Positions 1 to 9,498 of a stretch of DNA of 64,000 bases are shown one piece after another. The notes under the pieces are model-generated. The model was not told the DNA's origin and made no database searches. It saw only the letters and a program-made list of their open reading frames with translations. The DNA is from Candidatus Peribacteria bacterium. GTDB lineage: Bacteria > Patescibacteriota > Gracilibacteria > Peribacterales > Peribacteraceae. Within the stretch, counting starts at the first letter, position 1. Each line of letters starts with the position of its first letter. Both the position numbers and the translations under genes were made by a program. Location: contig JAYVRL010000011.1 in NCBI GenBank assembly GCA_043776335.1, forward strand, positions 23,643 to 87,642. Reading direction: 5' to 3'.

Positions 1-46
1 AAAGATAATGCTTGATAAAGTAAACAAGTTCCTCTTCAATCCTGCC

Positions 47-1222
47 ATGAAATTCTCCAGCAAGACGCAAGATCTCCTCTCTGGGCTGCAGCTCGTGAGC
101 CGTGCGATCGGTTCAGATCAAGTGCTGCCGATTTTGCAAAACATCCTGATTCATACTGAGGGAAAGCGTTGCACGTTGAGCGCTACTAATCTTGAGATTT
201 CCATCGTGACGAGTTTTGAAGTTTCCATCGAAAATGAAGGATCGATCACCATTCCGGCGAAAGCGATTTTAAACTTCATGCAATACAATCAAGATGAAGA
301 AGTCGTGCTTGAAACAAGTGAAGGTACGCAACTCAAACTTCAATCGAAGCGCGCAAAAGCCATCATCTCAGGTGAAGCGGCGAGTGGATTTCCCACCATT
401 ACGAGTATTCAAAAAGAAACAACACTTTCATTGCCTGTCGGGCCGTTGTTGCATGCGCTCAGCCTCGTGACGTTCTCGTGCGCCAAAACAACATCTCGTC
501 CGGTGATTTCCGGCGTCTATGTTCGTCTGGAGAAAGGCGCGCTGGTTTTGGTCGGCACAGACAGTTACAGACTTTCCGAGTATCGCATCAAGGTGGAGGG
601 ACTCATGGGTGAGATCGCCTGCATTATCCCAGCGAGGTTTTTGGAAGAGTTGAAATCCGTCATTGCCTTGCAACGAGGACATGACGATGCGACGGACGGT
701 GGCGATGAAAAAAAGACGAAAGCGGGTGCCGAGAAAAAAGAAACGGAAAAAGTGGACATTCATCTCGGCGCGCAGCAAATCGAGGTGCATGTCGGCACGA
801 CGCGTCTTACCAGTCGATTGATCGACGGCAAATTCCCGGATTACGTGCAGGTTCTACCGAAAGAGTGTCACACGACCGCCACCGTGCACGTGAAAGATCT
901 GCTCGGCGCGGTGAAACGCATGCATTACTTCGCGAAGGAGCTGAACAACAACATCACGTTCTCGTTCACGAAATCCGGCGTTCATCTGCAAACGAAACAG
1001 ACGCAGCTCGGGTCGGATGAGTCGACGATCCCCGTCGAGTTGGACGGCAAAGAAAACAAAATCGCCATCAGCTCCACCTATCTCATCGATTTTCTTAGTC
1101 GTCTCGGCAACGAAAAAGTCATGATTGAATTGTCGGACAAAATGCATCCCGCCGTCTTCAGATTGTCGGGCGGCGAGCCGTTCCTGCATCTCATCATGCC
1201 GTTGCGCATGACGGAAGAATAG
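47..1222 (+). CDS. dnaN: DNA polymerase III beta sliding clamp
   Basis: N-terminus MKFSSKTQDLLSGLQLVSRAIG, LIDGKFPDY and C-terminal LIMPLRM are typical of beta clamps. Start placed at ATG 47 (TTCAAT lies 6 nt upstream); ATG 8 is the alternative. Contains a K/E/D-rich insertion at about 676-756. Confidence 0.9.
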   Translation: MKFSSKTQDLLSGLQLVSRAIGSDQVLPILQNILIHTEGKRCTLSATNLEISIVTSFEVSIENEGSITIPAKAILNFMQYNQDEEVVLETSEGTQLKLQSKRAKAIISGEAASGFPTITSIQKETTLSLPVGPLLHALSLVTFSCAKTTSRPVISGVYVRLEKGALVLVGTDSYRLSEYRIKVEGLMGEIACIIPARFLEELKSVIALQRGHDDATDGGDEKKTKAGAEKKETEKVDIHLGAQQIEVHVGTTRLTSRLIDGKFPDYVQVLPKECHTTATVHVKDLLGAVKRMHYFAKELNNNITFSFTKSGVHLQTKQTQLGSDESTIPVELDGKENKIAISSTYLIDFLSRLGNEKVMIELSDKMHPAVFRLSGGEPFLHLIMPLRMTEE

Positions 1223-1298
1223 AGTATAGTATTTTACAGTTCGCAGGTCGTCCTGCATTCCCGCTCCGATCGCAATCGATCAGAAGAGGGTCGCTCTC

Positions 1299-4200
1299 TT
1301 GTGGGAGAAAAACGCCGCGGACGATCGGCACAGGCTTCACTTTATCGTTTCGATGCTTCCGTCCATTTGCATTGGCGAGACCACGCACAGAGAGCTCGTT
1401 GAGCTGCTGAAGTCTTCGCGTGCACTCACGATTTCAGGTCTCAGCAACGAGACCGCGAAAGCCATGATTGTGAGCCATATCCTTGAAAAAGATCCGCATG
1501 CCGCGATCGTCGTCACTGAAAATGAGGAACGTTCGGAGGGATTGCTTCTCTGGTTCGGATTCTTCGAGCAACCCGCGTTTATCGCTCGATTTGACGCGGA
1601 GGAACCGACATCCGAGCATGTTGCATCCGTTGTGCGGATCATGAAAGGCGAGGGCGTCGCGATTCTCGACCGCGCGACATGGGACACGATGCTGCCGTCG
1701 TTCGCAGAATTGCAGTCCAGCGCCATTCGTTTGGCGGTCGGCGAGAAGATGGATTTCACCGAGTTTTTCTCGAGCCTCATCCGTCTCGGGTACGAACATT
1801 CCGGTGACACGCATTTGATGCCCGGAGAATATCGCCGCACCGGCGACACGCTTGATCTGTATCCCATCGGAGAGAGCGGTCAGGTGCGCATTCTTTTTTC
1901 GTTTGAGAACGTCGATGCCATCAGTCGCACGGACGCAGAGTCCGGTGAGATCGAGGATTTGCAGGACATCATCGTGTATCCGCTGACATGGGAGGAGGTC
2001 CAACACCTTTCGGCGCAGGTGCCGGAACACACGATCGTCGTGACGGATGAGCAGGAGGATTTGAAAGTCGAATCGGACGTGTCCGTCGTGACGCTTACCA
2101 GTTTTCCAGAGTCTGAGGCCGGTCACGTGCATTTGCGCTATCTCTCGGTGTTGAAGTTTTACACGCTCCCCGATTTCATCAATGACGTGCGGGACAAGCT
2201 GAGCCAAGCGTGGACGCTGATCATCGTCAGCAAGCGCGTCGATGACTTGAAAGGCGCGCTGAGCGCCGAGAACATCAGTTTTTTGGATGCTCCCGAACGC
2301 CGCCCCGGCTTCATCACGGTCGTGCCTGCCGATGAGGATGCGCTCCTTCCCCACTCGTTGCAGAATCCGGATCTGAAATGCGCGCTGATCACCGATCGCG
2401 AGATTTTTTCGTTGAAGCGCGAAGCCAAACAACGTTCCGTGCAGAGGCTCTCGCTGGAGTTCATCACGTCGTTGCAGATGGGCGATTTCGTGGTTCACAT
2501 GGAGCACGGCATCGGGCGCTTCGAGGGCATGACGAGCAAGGTCGTGGACGAAGTGGAGCGCGAATATTTGGAGATCACGTACGCGGAAAACGACAAATTG
2601 TTCGTGCCGGTCGATCAAGCCGACAAGCTCAGTAAGTTCGTGCATGAAGAAGGCGAAGAGCCGACGCTCACGCGTCTCGGGTCGAACGAGTGGAAGAAAA
2701 TCACGAAGAAAGTGAACGAAGAAACGGAGAAAGTCGCGAAAGAATTGCTCGAGATTTATGCGAAGCGCGCAAAAGCGAAAGGCTTCCAGTATCCCGACGA
2801 CACCGAGATCCAACGCAAATTCGACGATGCGTTTCCGTACACGGAGACGCCCGGCCAGATCAAAGCGATCGAAGACATCAAGCGCGACATGGAGAGCGGG
2901 CATCCGATGGATCGTCTCGTCTGCGGAGACGTCGGTTTCGGCAAAACCGAAGTCGCCATGCGTGCCGCGTTCAAAGCTTTTCAGGGCGGCAAACAAGTGG
3001 CTCTCCTCTCCCCGATCACGATTTTGACGGATCAGCATTACCAGAGTCTTCTGAAGCGCACGGAGGGATTCAATGTGCGCGTGGACATGTTGTCGCGCTT
3101 TCGTTCGCCTGCCGAACAGCAGGAGACCCTTCGCAAGCTGAAAGAAGGCACGATCGATATCGTCGTCGGCACGCATCGCTTGCTCTCGGATGACATCGAG
3201 TTCCACAATCTCGGCCTCGTCATCATCGACGAAGAGCAGCGGTTCGGCGTGAAACAGAAAGAAAAACTGAAGTCACTACGCTCCTCGGTCGACATTTTGA
3301 CCATGACCGCGACGCCGATCCCGCGCACGCTCAATCTCGGACTCCACAAACTCCGTGACATCACGACGATCACGACGCCGCCTCCGGGCCGCCTCCCGAT
3401 CATCACTGAAGTACGAAAGTACTCCGATGCGCTCGTTCGCGAGGCCATCCTCAAGGAGATCGGGCGGGGTGGACAGGTGTACATGCTCCACAATCGCGTG
3501 CAGACGATCGACGCTTTCGCGATGAAGCTCCGAGCACTCGTGCCGCAGGCGACCTTCGTGGTGACGCACGGACAACTGAAGCCGGAGGTTTTGGAGGAAA
3601 GAATTCTGGACTTCAAGCAAGGTAAATTTCACGTGCTTGTCAGTTCGACGATCATCGAGAACGGCATCGACCTGCCCAGAGCCAACACGCTGATCGTGAA
3701 CGAAGCCGAGAAATTCGGCTTGTCTCAGTTGTATCAGCTGCGCGGTCGCGTCGGTCGCGGCACGGTGCAGGCGTATTCGTACTTCCTCTACCACTCGCAG
3801 CGTCTGAAGGACGATGCCAAGAAGCGTCTTCGCGCGATCGTCGAGGCCAGCGAGCTCGGCTCCGGATTCCAGATCGCCATGCGCGACCTCGAGATCCGCG
3901 GCGCCGGGGAGATCCTCGGCGCGTCCCAGTCCGGCAACATGCAGACCGTCGGCGTCAGTCATTATCTCAGGCTCTTGAAAAACGCCGTGGAAGAATTGAA
4001 AGCGGGCGGCAGATCCGAGGATGAAGATCTCGGCGGCGCCATCGAGATCATTTTGCCGTTTGAGGCGCTGATCCCGTCGTACTTCATCCCCGACGAGCAG
4101 GAAAAGATCAATGTGTATCAGAAACTTGCGGGCAGCGAAGACGAGGCGATGCTGGCGGAATTCGAACAAGAACTGCGCGAGGAGTACGGGCCGCTCCCGA

Positions 4201-4529
4201 AACAGGCTGAGAATCTTCTCAATGTCATTCGCTTGAAGATGGCGTGTCGCAGATCCGGCGTGATGCGCATCAAGATGGACAATCTCTCAGGCGGCAAGCG
4301 CGACGTCGTCATGAATCTCGCCGCGCGCGTGACGGCCGAAGAAATCATGCAGCTGCTCCAGAAATATCCGCAATGGCGCATCAGCGGAGCGACGCTCAGG
4401 ATCGGCGAACCGGAGATGAAGAAAGCCGCGGGCAGCGATGAATGGTTGCCGGCGCTCACGACGCAGATCGCGCTTCTCCAGAAGAAGTCGGCGAAGAAAC
4501 CGAAAACGGAACAGCCGAAAGAAGAGTAA
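1299..4529 (+). CDS. mfd: Transcription-repair coupling factor
   Basis: CarD-like FVVHMEHGIGRFEG, Walker A GDVGFGKTEVAMRAAF, IIDEEQRFGV, TATPIPRTL and QLRGRVGRG. Start uncertain (TTG 1299 or ATG 1353). Confidence 0.92.
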   Translation: MWEKNAADDRHRLHFIVSMLPSICIGETTHRELVELLKSSRALTISGLSNETAKAMIVSHILEKDPHAAIVVTENEERSEGLLLWFGFFEQPAFIARFDAEEPTSEHVASVVRIMKGEGVAILDRATWDTMLPSFAELQSSAIRLAVGEKMDFTEFFSSLIRLGYEHSGDTHLMPGEYRRTGDTLDLYPIGESGQVRILFSFENVDAISRTDAESGEIEDLQDIIVYPLTWEEVQHLSAQVPEHTIVVTDEQEDLKVESDVSVVTLTSFPESEAGHVHLRYLSVLKFYTLPDFINDVRDKLSQAWTLIIVSKRVDDLKGALSAENISFLDAPERRPGFITVVPADEDALLPHSLQNPDLKCALITDREIFSLKREAKQRSVQRLSLEFITSLQMGDFVVHMEHGIGRFEGMTSKVVDEVEREYLEITYAENDKLFVPVDQADKLSKFVHEEGEEPTLTRLGSNEWKKITKKVNEETEKVAKELLEIYAKRAKAKGFQYPDDTEIQRKFDDAFPYTETPGQIKAIEDIKRDMESGHPMDRLVCGDVGFGKTEVAMRAAFKAFQGGKQVALLSPITILTDQHYQSLLKRTEGFNVRVDMLSRFRSPAEQQETLRKLKEGTIDIVVGTHRLLSDDIEFHNLGLVIIDEEQRFGVKQKEKLKSLRSSVDILTMTATPIPRTLNLGLHKLRDITTITTPPPGRLPIITEVRKYSDALVREAILKEIGRGGQVYMLHNRVQTIDAFAMKLRALVPQATFVVTHGQLKPEVLEERILDFKQGKFHVLVSSTIIENGIDLPRANTLIVNEAEKFGLSQLYQLRGRVGRGTVQAYSYFLYHSQRLKDDAKKRLRAIVEASELGSGFQIAMRDLEIRGAGEILGASQSGNMQTVGVSHYLRLLKNAVEELKAGGRSEDEDLGGAIEIILPFEALIPSYFIPDEQEKINVYQKLAGSEDEAMLAEFEQELREEYGPLPKQAENLLNVIRLKMACRRSGVMRIKMDNLSGGKRDVVMNLAARVTAEEIMQLLQKYPQWRISGATLRIGEPEMKKAAGSDEWLPALTTQIALLQKKSAKKPKTEQPKEE

Positions 4530-4542
4530 GCTGAGCACTCAC

Positions 4543-5448
4543 ATGACGATCCTCCTGACAATTGCCGGTCTCTGCGTCTTCGAGACGATTTCGAGCATCG
4601 ACAATGCGATCATCAATGCGGAAGTCCTGCAGACGATGCAGCCCAAGGCTCGTCGGTGGTTTCTGGTCTATGGACTGTTGCTCGCCGTATTCGTCGTACG
4701 CGGCGGATTGCCGTGGTTGATCGTCTGGGCCGTCAATCCGACGCTCGGAGCGTGGGGAGCCCTTACCGCGACGTTTTCAGGGGATCCAGCGGTGGTGCAC
4801 AGCATCGAGCAGTCTTCACCGATTCTTTTGATGGCGGGCGGCACGTTCCTCGTACTGCTCTTTTTGCATTGGCTCTTCCTTGAGCCGAAAGAATTCGGTT
4901 TGCCGGGTGAGAAATTTTTCGCGTCGCAGGGCGTATGGTTTTTCGCCGTGGCGGGGGTACTGCTTGCGACTTTGGTGTGGCATGCGTTTGCAGTCAGTCA
5001 GTTCGCCGCGTTCGCCGCCGTGATCGGCTCGACGACGTTCTTCATCACCCACGGGTTCAAAGAAAATGCCGAGAAGGCCGAAGCGAATTTACTCACGCGC
5101 CACCGATCAGACTGGAGCAAGATTTTTTATCTTGAAGTGATTGACGCGACGTTCAGCATCGATTCCGTGCTCGGCGCATTCGCATTCACGTTTTCGGTGC
5201 CTCTGATTCTGCTTGGCAATGGACTCGGTGCGCTTGTCGTGCGGCAGCTCACGCTCGGCAACATCGATCGCATCAAGAAATACAAATTCCTGAAGAACGG
5301 CGCCATGTATTCGATTCTTGCGCTCGGTTGCGTGATGCTTTTCGACGCGTTCGGCGTGCCGGTGCCCCAGTGGGTATCCCCCGCAGTCACATTCCTTGTC
5401 ATCGGATTTTTCTTTTTGAAATCAAAGCGGGCGATCCGTTTTTCGTAG
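4543..5448 (+). CDS. Integral membrane protein, DUF475/TerC-like
   Basis: Multi-TM protein with N-terminal ETISSIDNAIINAEVL and a second EVIDATFSIDSVLGAFAF motif, as I recall for DUF475. Start set at ATG 4543, after the mfd stop. Confidence 0.7.
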   Translation: MTILLTIAGLCVFETISSIDNAIINAEVLQTMQPKARRWFLVYGLLLAVFVVRGGLPWLIVWAVNPTLGAWGALTATFSGDPAVVHSIEQSSPILLMAGGTFLVLLFLHWLFLEPKEFGLPGEKFFASQGVWFFAVAGVLLATLVWHAFAVSQFAAFAAVIGSTTFFITHGFKENAEKAEANLLTRHRSDWSKIFYLEVIDATFSIDSVLGAFAFTFSVPLILLGNGLGALVVRQLTLGNIDRIKKYKFLKNGAMYSILALGCVMLFDAFGVPVPQWVSPAVTFLVIGFFFLKSKRAIRFS

Positions 5449-5457
5449 GCATGAGCA

Positions 5458-5485
5458 AGGACCCGATACTTTCGTATCAGGTCCT
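5458..5485. terminator. Hairpin between convergent genes
   Basis: aggacccgatac-tttc-gtatcaggtcct, a 12-bp stem with one mismatch, lying between the DUF475 gene (+) and the LamG-like gene (-). No clear U-run. Confidence 0.45.
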
Positions 5486-5534
5486 CTACCCATTGGCGGG
5501 AATGCCAATACATACTCATTGCTCTCAGTCGGAG

Positions 5535-6197
5535 TTACGGCTCGATCAAGAGCTGTTTTCTAGCGCGGTACGGTCGGATGAGGACCGTATTCGGGCCGCC
5601 GACGAATTCGCGCGGCGAGATCGATAGCAGGCACTCGTCAGCCGTGACGCCGATGACGGCGTTTTTGAGAACGGCCTTGGTATTGATGACGAGCGTCAGC
5701 TTTCCCGCTTCGTCCGTGAGGACGACATGATGCCACGTGAATGGCGCCAAGGGGTCGGCCGCCTTGTCTTCAAGACGGACGGGATCTTCGTTCGGCTTGT
5801 TCGACGGTTGCTCCAGCAGCACTTGGCCGCTTGCGAGTCGCAATCGAACATTGGTAGTCCCCGTCAGCTCGAACGGTCGAGTGGTCAGTTGCCCCGAAGC
5901 GCGCGGCGAGATCGACAGATGAGTGGAGTGAGAGACTCTGTCTTCGGGCTTCATGTACGCTTTGTCGAAGTACATGAATTCGAAATCGAGCTTCCCGTTC
6001 ACCCATTTTGTCGAGGCGCAGCCGCGATCGGCGAGCACCAGACCTCCATCACCGTCGCTTTGGGCGACGGAAACACTGTCGGGTTTTGTGAGAACCCATT
6101 CTCTGCCCAGAAATTTCGCTTTGGACGGTTCTTCGGCGACCGCAAGGGTGCCGAAGCAAGCCGCCAACAGGGCAGCACACAAAAAACGATGGACCAT
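5535..6197 (-). CDS. Secreted hypothetical protein, possibly LamG/concanavalin-like
   Basis: Signal peptide MVHRFLCAALLAACFGTLAVAEE. WHHVVLTDEAGKLTLVINTKAV resembles LamG jelly-roll strands (weak). The only gene here with a canonical SD (GGAGGTG, 6202-6208, 4 nt before the ATG). Confidence 0.55.
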   Translation of the reverse strand: MVHRFLCAALLAACFGTLAVAEEPSKAKFLGREWVLTKPDSVSVAQSDGDGGLVLADRGCASTKWVNGKLDFEFMYFDKAYMKPEDRVSHSTHLSISPRASGQLTTRPFELTGTTNVRLRLASGQVLLEQPSNKPNEDPVRLEDKAADPLAPFTWHHVVLTDEAGKLTLVINTKAVLKNAVIGVTADECLLSISPREFVGGPNTVLIRPYRARKQLLIEP

Positions 6198-6274
6198 GAA
6201 ACACCTCCGAAAAAAGTTGTATTGGCGGTATGCCAATGAGCGATGTCCGGCCACGATGGCCGAGACTAAAAGTT

Positions 6275-6280
6275 ATTATA
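6275..6280 (-). promoter_or_regulatory. Putative -10 (TATAAT) for the 5535-6197 gene
   Basis: The minus strand reads TATAAT in an AT-rich stretch. A second TATAAT lies at 6294-6299. A roughly 70-nt leader with an SD follows. Confidence 0.3.
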
Positions 6281-6344
6281 CAATATAAATTGAATTATAG
6301 GAAATAGCGAGATAATGGCTTGTTTGAGGGCCCTCACCCCCTAA

Positions 6345-6420
6345 CCCCCTCCCCCACAAGGGGAGGGGGAACTTTGCTATCTGAGAAAGCAGAGCTTCCT
6401 TCTCCTTTTTGGGAGAAGGA
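6345..6420. repeat. Two tandem GC-rich hairpins downstream of the DUF1697 gene
   Basis: ccccctcccc-cacaa-ggggaggggg (6345-6369, 10 bp) and tccttctcc-tttttg-ggagaagga (6397-6420, 9 bp). Likely a minus-strand terminator or stabiliser. The 6320-6832 plus-strand ORF translates this region as PLTPSPTRGGG. Confidence 0.5.
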
Positions 6421-6436
6421 CAGGAGGATGAGGGAA

Positions 6437-6976
6437 TTATTTCAGCAACTTTTCCACCGTATTCCAGTTTCTAGTCGTCACGGCTTTGCCGAACTCTTTT
6501 TCGAGCACGAGCATCACTTTGGTTGTGTCGGTCTTCGGGCTGATCTGGAGCACGCTGCAGATTTCTTCGTTTGTGACGCGCAGGATTCTGTAATCTTTCA
6601 GCGGCGATTCGTACGACTTCATTTTGCTCACCGGCTTTGTTTTCAGGAATGTCACATAGAGTCGCGTGTCGTCGTCGACCTTGATGCCCTTGAACGGGGC
6701 GGATGTCTGCAGCGTTTTCAACTCCGCTGCGGTGCGGATGAGTACGGGAATCGGAAAACCGAATGTTTTTTCGAGCAGCGTCTCCAATTTTTTCTCGAGA
6801 TCGGCGCGTTTCATCGCTTCGCCGTCGAATGACACGTTGCCGCTGGCGAGCACCGTCACCACGTTTTTGTATCCCGCTTTTTCCAGCGCCTTTTTAAGGG
6901 TCTCCATCGGGACTTTCTTGTTGCCGCCGACGTTGATGCCGCGGAGCAATGCGACGTATCTCGTTGGAGCACTCAT
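6437..6976 (-). CDS. DUF1697 domain protein
   Basis: YVALLRGINVGGNKKVPMETLKKALEKAGYKNVVTVLASGNVSF matches the DUF1697 N-terminal signature as I recall it. Confidence 0.8.
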   Translation of the reverse strand: MSAPTRYVALLRGINVGGNKKVPMETLKKALEKAGYKNVVTVLASGNVSFDGEAMKRADLEKKLETLLEKTFGFPIPVLIRTAAELKTLQTSAPFKGIKVDDDTRLYVTFLKTKPVSKMKSYESPLKDYRILRVTNEEICSVLQISPKTDTTKVMLVLEKEFGKAVTTRNWNTVEKLLK

Positions 6977-6994
6977 AAAACAGGAGAGAAAAAA

Positions 6995-7570
6995 TTAGTG
7001 AAATTTTTGGCTCTTTTTCATCATCTCCAAGATCAACGTCATCCGTTTTGCTCTTGTTTCGGCCTTCTTCGCGGTTTGCAGACGCCAGCCGATGGCGTAC
7101 AGATTCGCCTTGTTCAGCGACCCGAAAAACTTCTCGGCTTTCGCGTTCTTCTTCAGTTCTTTTAAGAAATCCGCGGGAGTGTTCATCGTGCTCGGCGGGT
7201 CGTAGGCGTTCGCCCACCGGCCGTCTTTCTTCGCCTTCTCGACTTCGGCAAGTCCCGATGGTCGCATGCGTTTCTCTTTCGTCAGCCGCGCGACATGTTC
7301 GATATTGCGCTTCGACCAGATGCTTTTTTTGCCTCGCGGCGTGAAGCGATGCAGCCACGTGTCTTTGTCTCCCGTCTCGGATCGACTGTCGATCCAACCG
7401 AAACACAATGCCAGATCGATGGCGTCGGCATGCGAAACACACGGTTTCTTCACATGCTTCTTGAAAAATTTAATTCTGACGTCCTCGGACGCTGCGTGAT
7501 TCTTTTCCAGCCACGATTCCATCGCTTCACTTGTTGCGAAGAAGACAATCGGAAGTTCCGCTTTGGGCAT
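6995..7570 (-). CDS. YdeI/OmpD-associated family protein
   Basis: FATSEAMESWLEKNH...ALCFGWIDS...TPRGKKSIWSKRNIE...YAIGWRLQTAKK pattern. Start at ATG 7570, supported by TATGAT (7577-7582) 6 nt upstream. Confidence 0.75.
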   Translation of the reverse strand: MPKAELPIVFFATSEAMESWLEKNHAASEDVRIKFFKKHVKKPCVSHADAIDLALCFGWIDSRSETGDKDTWLHRFTPRGKKSIWSKRNIEHVARLTKEKRMRPSGLAEVEKAKKDGRWANAYDPPSTMNTPADFLKELKKNAKAEKFFGSLNKANLYAIGWRLQTAKKAETRAKRMTLILEMMKKSQKFH

Positions 7571-7654
7571 GCCAAGATCATACCTAGAATGTTTGCGGCG
7601 AAGCGAATCGTGGAAAGGCTTAGAAAAGCTTAGAACCAACTCCGAGCGACAATA

Positions 7655-8689
7655 TTACATTCGAGTCATTTTTGAGATCGCTTGCTTGAGAGGCTCAAGA
7701 CCACTTTTATCGCTGAAAGAAAGAAGAACGAGAGCCCTATAAATATCAAGGAAAACCATCTTTTCTCGCGGCTTCGTCGTATTTTTCATCGGATAGCGCT
7801 GGAGAAACGCTTCCTGTAAGTCAGGCGGAAATGTGCGGCAGAATTTATGAATATCCTTATCAGCATCCGAAATGGATGCATGTTCCCAATCAATAATTCC
7901 AACTGACCCATCAGCAGCATCGAAAAGTACATTTCCGGCACCAAGGTCTCCATGAACAAATTCAGGTCGATAGCTCATGAAATCAGGATTGCGCAGAGCA
8001 CGTTCTGCATACGGACGAAGAGCGCCATATTCTTCTCGATTCAGAAGCGGCTGGATTTCTTTTGCGAGGAAGTCATCACCAAAGTAGTACTCATACTTTC
8101 CAAGAAGATCTTCTTCATTCACACCGTGCTGCTTCGCCTTTTCGAGTGGCACTGAATGAACTCTACTCAGAGTGTCGGCCATGGTCTTTACAAGAGATTC
8201 ACGAGCCGCTGGCTGCAGGTCAGCGACAATTTTGTCGAGTGGTTGACCGGGTAACGCCGGACATCCGATGAATACAGGTGTTGTATTTGAAGAATATGTA
8301 ATGTGGGGAAATTTCCCCGGAGTCGTTGCAGCTATTTCAGAAAGCAAGGGCTGGAGATGGGTCAGTTTCTTTACAGTATCGGGAGCATTCTTCGTTTTGA
8401 GTAATAGAAAAATATGATCAGGCTTTCCTGCAATGCGCACTCTAAAAGGTTTGCTATTCCAGCCTTCTTCGTCCCCAAGCAGCTCGGCATGTTCGATGAT
8501 TGTGCCTGCGGGCAGCAGGGGGCCGATGGTCGATTGAAATTCTTTTGTAGCACTGCCGAAAAGCTCATTTTCTTTCATCCGCTGATCATCTGCAATCTGA
8601 GCGACAGACGCGTCGGGCATAACGTCTTTCCCTTGCTCTGGGAGTGGAATAGATGAGTCTTCCGGTGCAATATTTTGGTTTTCCTGCAT
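7655..8689 (-). CDS. Aminoglycoside/choline-kinase-type phosphotransferase (APH family)
   Basis: Catalytic FVHGDLGAGNVLFD and IIDWEHASISD motifs. Visibly more AT-rich than the neighbouring genes. Confidence 0.8.
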   Translation of the reverse strand: MQENQNIAPEDSSIPLPEQGKDVMPDASVAQIADDQRMKENELFGSATKEFQSTIGPLLPAGTIIEHAELLGDEEGWNSKPFRVRIAGKPDHIFLLLKTKNAPDTVKKLTHLQPLLSEIAATTPGKFPHITYSSNTTPVFIGCPALPGQPLDKIVADLQPAARESLVKTMADTLSRVHSVPLEKAKQHGVNEEDLLGKYEYYFGDDFLAKEIQPLLNREEYGALRPYAERALRNPDFMSYRPEFVHGDLGAGNVLFDAADGSVGIIDWEHASISDADKDIHKFCRTFPPDLQEAFLQRYPMKNTTKPREKMVFLDIYRALVLLSFSDKSGLEPLKQAISKMTRM

Positions 8690-8695
8690 CTAGAT

Positions 8696-8704
8696 ATCAT
8701 ACCA
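8696..8704 (-). promoter_or_regulatory. Extended -10 (TGgTATGAT) 6 nt upstream of the APH ATG
   Basis: The minus strand reads tggTATGATatctagATG. No SD is present. Confidence 0.5.
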
Positions 8705-8724
8705 TATTTCTCTTTAAAACTGAA

Positions 8725-8799
8725 TGGTGGTCCCGGCGGGAGTCGAACCTGCATCTACCCCTTAGGAGAGGGTCGTTCTATCCATTGAACTACAGGACC
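8725..8799 (-). tRNA. tRNA-Arg (anticodon CCT)
   Basis: Minus strand GGTCCTGTAGTTCAATGGATAGAACGACCCTCTCCTAAGGGGTAGATGCAGGTTCGACTCCCGCCGGGACCACCA. It folds as a cloverleaf with anticodon loop CT-CCT-AA and an encoded CCA. Confidence 0.85.
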
Positions 8800-8841
8800 A
8801 CGGCGAAATAGTAACACGCATACGCGGTTCCTCCGCGGCGT

Positions 8842-9372
8842 TTATCCGAGAACGACGACTTGCCTCGTGTCCTGCGGGAGGCTGCCGGGCTTCACCTTGA
8901 ACTCGGCGACTGGCTGCACGGAGGCCGAGCCGCACGCTTTGGCCGTGCCTGCGAGGTCGCCGTCTTTTGTTTTGAACAGGATGATCACGCGCGGATCGAT
9001 GGCTTCCACGAGGGCGAGGACTTTTTTCGGGTTGTCCGCGGCCACGACGAGGACGTCCACTTCGCCGACGTGCTGGATGTCCGCGTCCGTCCAATCGAGA
9101 ATCGGTCCGTCGATGAAGGCGACGCGCACGTTTTCCATGTGGCACACGTAGCTGATCTGGCGTCCGCCTTCCTGTCCGATGCCGCGCACCAAAATGCCGG
9201 AGAAATCGTATTCACCGGGCCAACTCACCACTTTTTTGTTGGTCAATTCCTCCTCCGGGTGGCTCAAGAACGTCCACGTGTCTTTCGTCACTTTGTCCGG
9301 AAACACGTCGAATGAGGTGGACGAAGCGGAGACGGAACAAGCGGCGCCGGACTTGGGAGAAAACGTGATCAT
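8842..9372 (-). CDS. Hypothetical protein, possibly a degenerate MBL-fold (Lactamase_B-like) protein
   Basis: The C-terminal half (VRVAFIDGP...GEVDVLVVAADNP...IDPRVIILFKT) resembles MBL-fold UPF0173-type proteins, but no HxHxDH motif is seen. TATACT (9381-9386) lies 8 nt upstream of the ATG. Confidence 0.5.
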   Translation of the reverse strand: MITFSPKSGAACSVSASSTSFDVFPDKVTKDTWTFLSHPEEELTNKKVVSWPGEYDFSGILVRGIGQEGGRQISYVCHMENVRVAFIDGPILDWTDADIQHVGEVDVLVVAADNPKKVLALVEAIDPRVIILFKTKDGDLAGTAKACGSASVQPVAEFKVKPGSLPQDTRQVVVLG

Positions 9373-9420
9373 GCCGCGAGAGTATAGGGAATCCGAGTGG
9401 GAGAAGAAAGAGAGCCGTGA

Positions 9421-9495
9421 AGCGGTTAGCGGATAGCGGTTAGCGCTCAGCGGGTAGCAGAAAACCCAGTCGCTATCTCCTAGCTTCCATCCGCT
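9421..9495. repeat. Inverted heptamer-array element, copy A
   Basis: Left arm agcggtt|agcggat|agcggtt|agcgctc|agcgggt, in perfect 7-nt phase. A degenerate complementary arm gctatctcctagcttccatccgct follows. Lies just downstream of the murA stop. Confidence 0.7.
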
Positions 9496-9498
9496 CGA

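Noticed and set aside
6320-6832. A plus-strand 170-aa ORF beginning MFEGPHPLTPSPTRGGG.
   Set aside because: Its 5' part is a translation of the twin hairpin repeat, and the rest is antisense to the well-supported DUF1697 gene.
8725-8799. A genomic island or prophage integrated at tRNA-Arg (also considered at tRNA-Leu 35225-35310 and tRNA-Asp 50321-50397).
   Set aside because: No integrase, no phage genes and no direct repeat of the tRNA 3' end was seen. Only single AT-richer accessory genes lie nearby.
9421-9495. A CRISPR array or iteron-type origin, suggested by the tandem short repeats.
   Set aside because: The units are only 7 nt with no spacers, the arrays are inverted pairs, and there are no cas genes. 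They are not DnaA-box-like enough to call an origin, and any oriC near dnaN would lie upstream of the window.
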